From contig CAZXYN010000005.1 in the NCBI GenBank assembly GCA_964644965.1, positions 9,759-73,758 of the forward strand: 64,000 nt of DNA. The letters are read 5' to 3'. This document shows, in pieces, positions 61,193 through 64,000 of the stretch (its first letter is position 1; each line of letters begins with the position of its first letter). This DNA is from an uncultured Candidatus Saccharibacteria bacterium. Lineage in GTDB: Bacteria > Patescibacteriota > Saccharimonadia > Saccharimonadales > JACDBH01. The position numbers and the translations under genes were made by a program. The notes beneath the pieces are model-generated. The model worked only from the letters and a program-made list of their open reading frames with translations, was not told where the DNA came from and did no database searches.

Positions 61193-61514
61193 ATCATGTA
61201 GTGAGGTTCTGATTGCATTATGTTCTATGTCTATATTCTTCATTCAGATGTAAGGCAGAGACTTTACATTGGGAAGACAAATAATCTCAAGCGTCGAGTT
61301 AAAGAACATAATGACGGTCAAAATTTATCTACGAAAGCCTACAGACCCTGGACTCTGGCGTTTTATGAAGCTTACATTAATGCTGATGATGCAAGTCGTC
61401 GGGAAAAGTATCTGAAAACAACTCAGGGTCGGCAAACAATACGAAAGATGCTACGCTCTCACTTGGAAAACTACAAAAGTATAAATTTTGAGTATCAGGA
61501 CTCTACTACATGAT
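61193..61514 (+). mobile_element. GIY-YIG gene cassette with short terminal inverted repeats, copy 2
   Basis: Left ATCATGTAGTGAG (61193-61205), right CTCTACTACATGAT (61501-61514); 10-bp perfect core ATCATGTAGT/ACTACATGAT. Confidence 0.6.
61220..61513 (+). CDS. GIY-YIG nuclease superfamily protein (UPF0213-like), paralog
   Basis: MFYVYILHSDVRQRLYIGKTNNLKRRVKEHN...REKYLKT; roughly two-thirds identical by eye to 48609-48902 product. Confidence 0.85.
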   Translation: MFYVYILHSDVRQRLYIGKTNNLKRRVKEHNDGQNLSTKAYRPWTLAFYEAYINADDASRREKYLKTTQGRQTIRKMLRSHLENYKSINFEYQDSTT

Positions 61515-61884
61515 GAACCACAAAGCTGTAGAAGAATATATATTGACCATGCCAAATTCGTGGCTGGATTACCCATTTGGTAAAGAGGCAGCAGTATACA
61601 AAGTTCGAAGTTCTAAGGACAAAGGACAAAGTGAGGGTAAGATGTTTGCGCTGATTGCCGAAGGATCTAAGCCTGTACGAATCAGCCTGAAATGTGATCC
61701 GCAACTCGCCAAATTACTTCGTGAAAAGTACGAGACAGTCATGGAAGGCTACCATCTGAACAAGAAACACTGGAATACAATCCTGCTGACAGGGCAGCTG
61801 CCGTGGGAAGAGGTTCAAGGACTTATTTTGCATAGCTACATCTTGGTCACAGAGGGTAGCGACACTCACCAACCTACTGCGTAA
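61510..61884 (+). CDS. MmcQ/YjbR-family protein
   Basis: YPFGKEAAVYKV...KMFALI...ISLKCDPQLAKLLREKY...GYHLNKKHWNTI. Confidence 0.75.
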   Translation: MMNHKAVEEYILTMPNSWLDYPFGKEAAVYKVRSSKDKGQSEGKMFALIAEGSKPVRISLKCDPQLAKLLREKYETVMEGYHLNKKHWNTILLTGQLPWEEVQGLILHSYILVTEGSDTHQPTA

Positions 61885-61918
61885 TTTGGTATACTAGCGA
61901 TATTACATAGGAGTGAAC

Positions 61919-62257
61919 ATGCAAAAAGATAGCAAGCCGACAAAGTCGGTCGAAGAAAAATATTGTAGTTCTTGTGGGGAGATAATAAAAAAAGAAGCCG
62001 AAATATGTCCTAAGTGCGGGGTTAGGCAAATGAGCCCTAAGTCTGGAATGGTAAAAAGTAAGATAGTAGCCGGTCTACTAGCGTTGCTATTGGGCGGAAT
62101 TGGAATTCACAAGTTCTATTTGGGGAAGCCAATAGGAATACTCTACTTGTTCTTTTTCTGGACATTTATTCCAGCCATCGTTGCTCTCGTAGAAGGGATT
62201 ATTTATCTGACATTCTCCGGAACTGACGAAGAGTTCACCGAAAAATACGCAAAATAG
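61919..62257 (+). CDS. zinc-ribbon plus TM2-domain membrane protein
   Basis: CSSCGEIIKKEAEICPKCG then GLLALLLGGIGIHKFYLGK...FIPAIVALVEGIIYL; AGGAG RBS before ATG 61919. Confidence 0.75.
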   Translation: MQKDSKPTKSVEEKYCSSCGEIIKKEAEICPKCGVRQMSPKSGMVKSKIVAGLLALLLGGIGIHKFYLGKPIGILYLFFFWTFIPAIVALVEGIIYLTFSGTDEEFTEKYAK

Positions 62258-62264
62258 AACCAGC

Positions 62265-63140
62265 CTACTGCGTAAGGGCGGCGTAGATTGTGGCGGCGAA
62301 GTCGGCGATTGGGGCTGAGGCGCCGGAGCCCTGGCCAAGTATTGCTACCGCAAACTCACGGCCGTCGGGAAGTGTCATTATGCCGATATCGTGGTAGTTG
62401 ATATCTTCGTTCCAGCCGACTTTGGTTTCCCATTTGGCCTCTGGTGCACCAGTTTGTAGACCACGTTTGAACTTGGCATCTTGGGTAAGCATGGCGTCGC
62501 GCAAGAACGCAGTGTTTTCTTCGTTCAAATCACGACCTTCGGCAATATACTGTGAAATCAGAGCACTATCATGAGCGGTGGTTCGGATGCCGTTAAAGTA
62601 GGTGCCGGTCATCCCCATGGCCGCAACCCGCTGATTCAGCGTTGTTTGGCCCATGTCGGCCATCATTGCCTCACCACACGGGCTGTGTGACTCGCGGATC
62701 ATCTTGTCGACGCATTCTTTACGGGTAAAGCCTTGCAATAGTATCTCGTCAGGATTCATAACACCGTTCTGTATATCAAGCAGGGCAAGGTAGGCAACGT
62801 AAATTTTATACAAACTAGCTGCGAACAGCTCGCGGTCTGGCTGGACACTACCAATCACAGAGCCAGACTGCAAATCATAGACAACGATACTGTAGCTGGC
62901 CGCTTGGGCAGCTTCCCAAGCTGTCACAGTCTGTTGAAGATCTATCGGCTGGTAGGCTGGCTCCTCGGGCTCATCTCTGGTTGCAGTATCTGATTCGGCT
63001 GATGGCGCTGGTGCTTCAGCTCTGCTATTAAAAAACAGATACAAACCAAGCAAAACGGCAAGTAACAGAACGCCTGCGATCACAAACCGGCGCTTTTTTG
63101 GTGCGGGTCGCTTTGTCCGCCTACCAGAAACATAACTCAT
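62265..63140 (-). CDS. membrane-anchored serine hydrolase (class A beta-lactamase-like fold)
   Basis: N-terminal TM; ASLYK (SxxK) motif; overall size and layout of beta-lactamase-related proteins. Confidence 0.5.
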   Translation of the reverse strand: MSYVSGRRTKRPAPKKRRFVIAGVLLLAVLLGLYLFFNSRAEAPAPSAESDTATRDEPEEPAYQPIDLQQTVTAWEAAQAASYSIVVYDLQSGSVIGSVQPDRELFAASLYKIYVAYLALLDIQNGVMNPDEILLQGFTRKECVDKMIRESHSPCGEAMMADMGQTTLNQRVAAMGMTGTYFNGIRTTAHDSALISQYIAEGRDLNEENTAFLRDAMLTQDAKFKRGLQTGAPEAKWETKVGWNEDINYHDIGIMTLPDGREFAVAILGQGSGASAPIADFAATIYAALTQ

Positions 63141-63181
63141 ATGTATAAGTATACCTGCTAGCTTGGTATACTAGAAACAAG

Positions 63182-64000
63182 ATGAAGAGGTATCAGCTTG
63201 ATCATACTGTCAAAACTGACGGCAACAAGCGGCGCAAGTTTGTACTGCTTGGGGTTGCAGGGCTCGCTGTACTTGTACTTGGTGGCTGGTTTATTTATAG
63301 AATTGTTGCGCCAACAAACGAAGAAAAGGCAGTCAGCCAGCTGCAGTTTGATCAAAGCGTAACAGAGGCTGAAAAGCAGGCAATAAGCGACGCAGTTGCC
63401 GCCAACCCAGAAGCGTTGAGTAACAGCGTGGATGTCAGTGTTAGTACAGGCCTTGAAGCCGAAAGCACCGAGTCTGTACTAGCAGCCTACGTGCCGGTGA
63501 CGCATGTTTATTCTGCGAGGCAAGACATTACAAGCTCAGAGCTAGGTTCTGTCACTACATACGTACCAGAGGGTACTGATGAAATGGTCAAGAATGCTAT
63601 TGCCGCTTCGGTCGGGATAGACGCGACTACCATAAAAACAATACCAGAAGAATTAAATGACACATCGGTAGCGTTCATACCGGCCGATCAACTGAGTTTC
63701 GAAGTTAAGCTACTCAGCCTAGACAACGCCTATTATCTAGACAGCTTTAAGTCTGGTGCAATCTTTCGACAGGCAGAGTTTGGCGGTGATGATGCCGAGG
63801 CACTGGCAGAAATCAGTCTGAACCAACTTGCTGGCAAAGATGAGACATTAAAGGTCAATATGACAGGGGTCACGGCATTAACCAGGCTAATGATGCGCAA
63901 GCTTGCAAGCGTCGGCGATGCGACCTATTTCAGCGAAAAAATCGGCGATTTTATGGCTGATGCCGATATCACACACGTGTCTAACGAAGTCTCGTTCCGG
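63182..64000 (+). CDS. CapA-family (PGA_cap) protein, N-terminal part (3' end outside window)
   Basis: Hand-translated open frame from ATG 63182 to window end with no stop; TM FVLLGVAGLAVLVLGGWFIY; LKVNMTGVTALTR...DITHVSNEVSF matches CapA N-terminal motifs; absent from ORF track because no stop codon in window. Confidence 0.7.
   Translation, partial: MKRYQLDHTVKTDGNKRRKFVLLGVAGLAVLVLGGWFIYRIVAPTNEEKAVSQLQFDQSVTEAEKQAISDAVAANPEALSNSVDVSVSTGLEAESTESVLAAYVPVTHVYSARQDITSSELGSVTTYVPEGTDEMVKNAIAASVGIDATTIKTIPEELNDTSVAFIPADQLSFEVKLLSLDNAYYLDSFKSGAIFRQAEFGGDDAEALAEISLNQLAGKDETLKVNMTGVTALTRLMMRKLASVGDATYFSEKIGDFMADADITHVSNEVSFR

Overview
The window reads as a chromosomal segment of a small-genome bacterium with a Gram-positive-type envelope: an LPXTG sortase substrate, several peptidoglycan hydrolases, and CIRCE-groES-groEL. 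By inference only, gene content fits a CPR/Patescibacteria lineage such as Saccharibacteria. All calls come from reading the ORF translations and DNA by eye; no searches were run.

(1) nt 272-16762 holds a type IV secretion-like locus. A minus-strand operon encodes a VirB4-class ATPase, a PrgI/VirB3-like protein, a 1012-aa VirB6-like polytopic protein, two cell-wall hydrolases and several anchored unknowns. It faces a plus-strand array of six paralogous VirB2/TrbC-like pilins. No relaxase, coupling ATPase or integrase is visible in the window. This is the most interesting system here.

(2) The rest is mostly housekeeping:
- Protein-coding: recF 3' end, hsp20, comF, valS, tsaD, a murE-like ligase, groES/groEL, pgi/pmi, a MacB-type ABC pair, argS, mscL, msrB, orn, two CapA-family genes and two M15 peptidases.
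- tRNA genes: all four tRNA-Ser isoacceptors and one tRNA-Arg.
- Also a 1286-aa Ig-repeat surface protein and an ECF sigma module.

(3) Several small repeat or selfish-element families are visible directly in the DNA:
- Two GIY-YIG gene cassettes have short terminal inverted repeats. Their right ends supply the start codons of argS and an mmcQ-like gene.
- Three 74-88 bp hairpin elements carry the same asymmetric termini (GTAGTGAG / TCTACTAC) as the GIY-YIG cassettes.
- Two four-helix-bundle ('23S rRNA IVS protein') cassettes lie outside rRNA. One has perfect 21-bp inverted repeats; the other sits antisense inside the T4SS operon.
- A 69-bp two-hairpin repeat occurs twice.
- Three tRNA genes have 15-22 bp 'echoes' of their ends 100-190 bp away.
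- A 164-bp imperfect palindrome lies upstream of valS.
- The 3' end of a capA-like gene is duplicated and interrupted by GTACAAGG palindromes.

Two single-gene islands (about 26.2-26.8 kb and 36.5-37.0 kb) are visibly more GC-rich than their surroundings and may be foreign.
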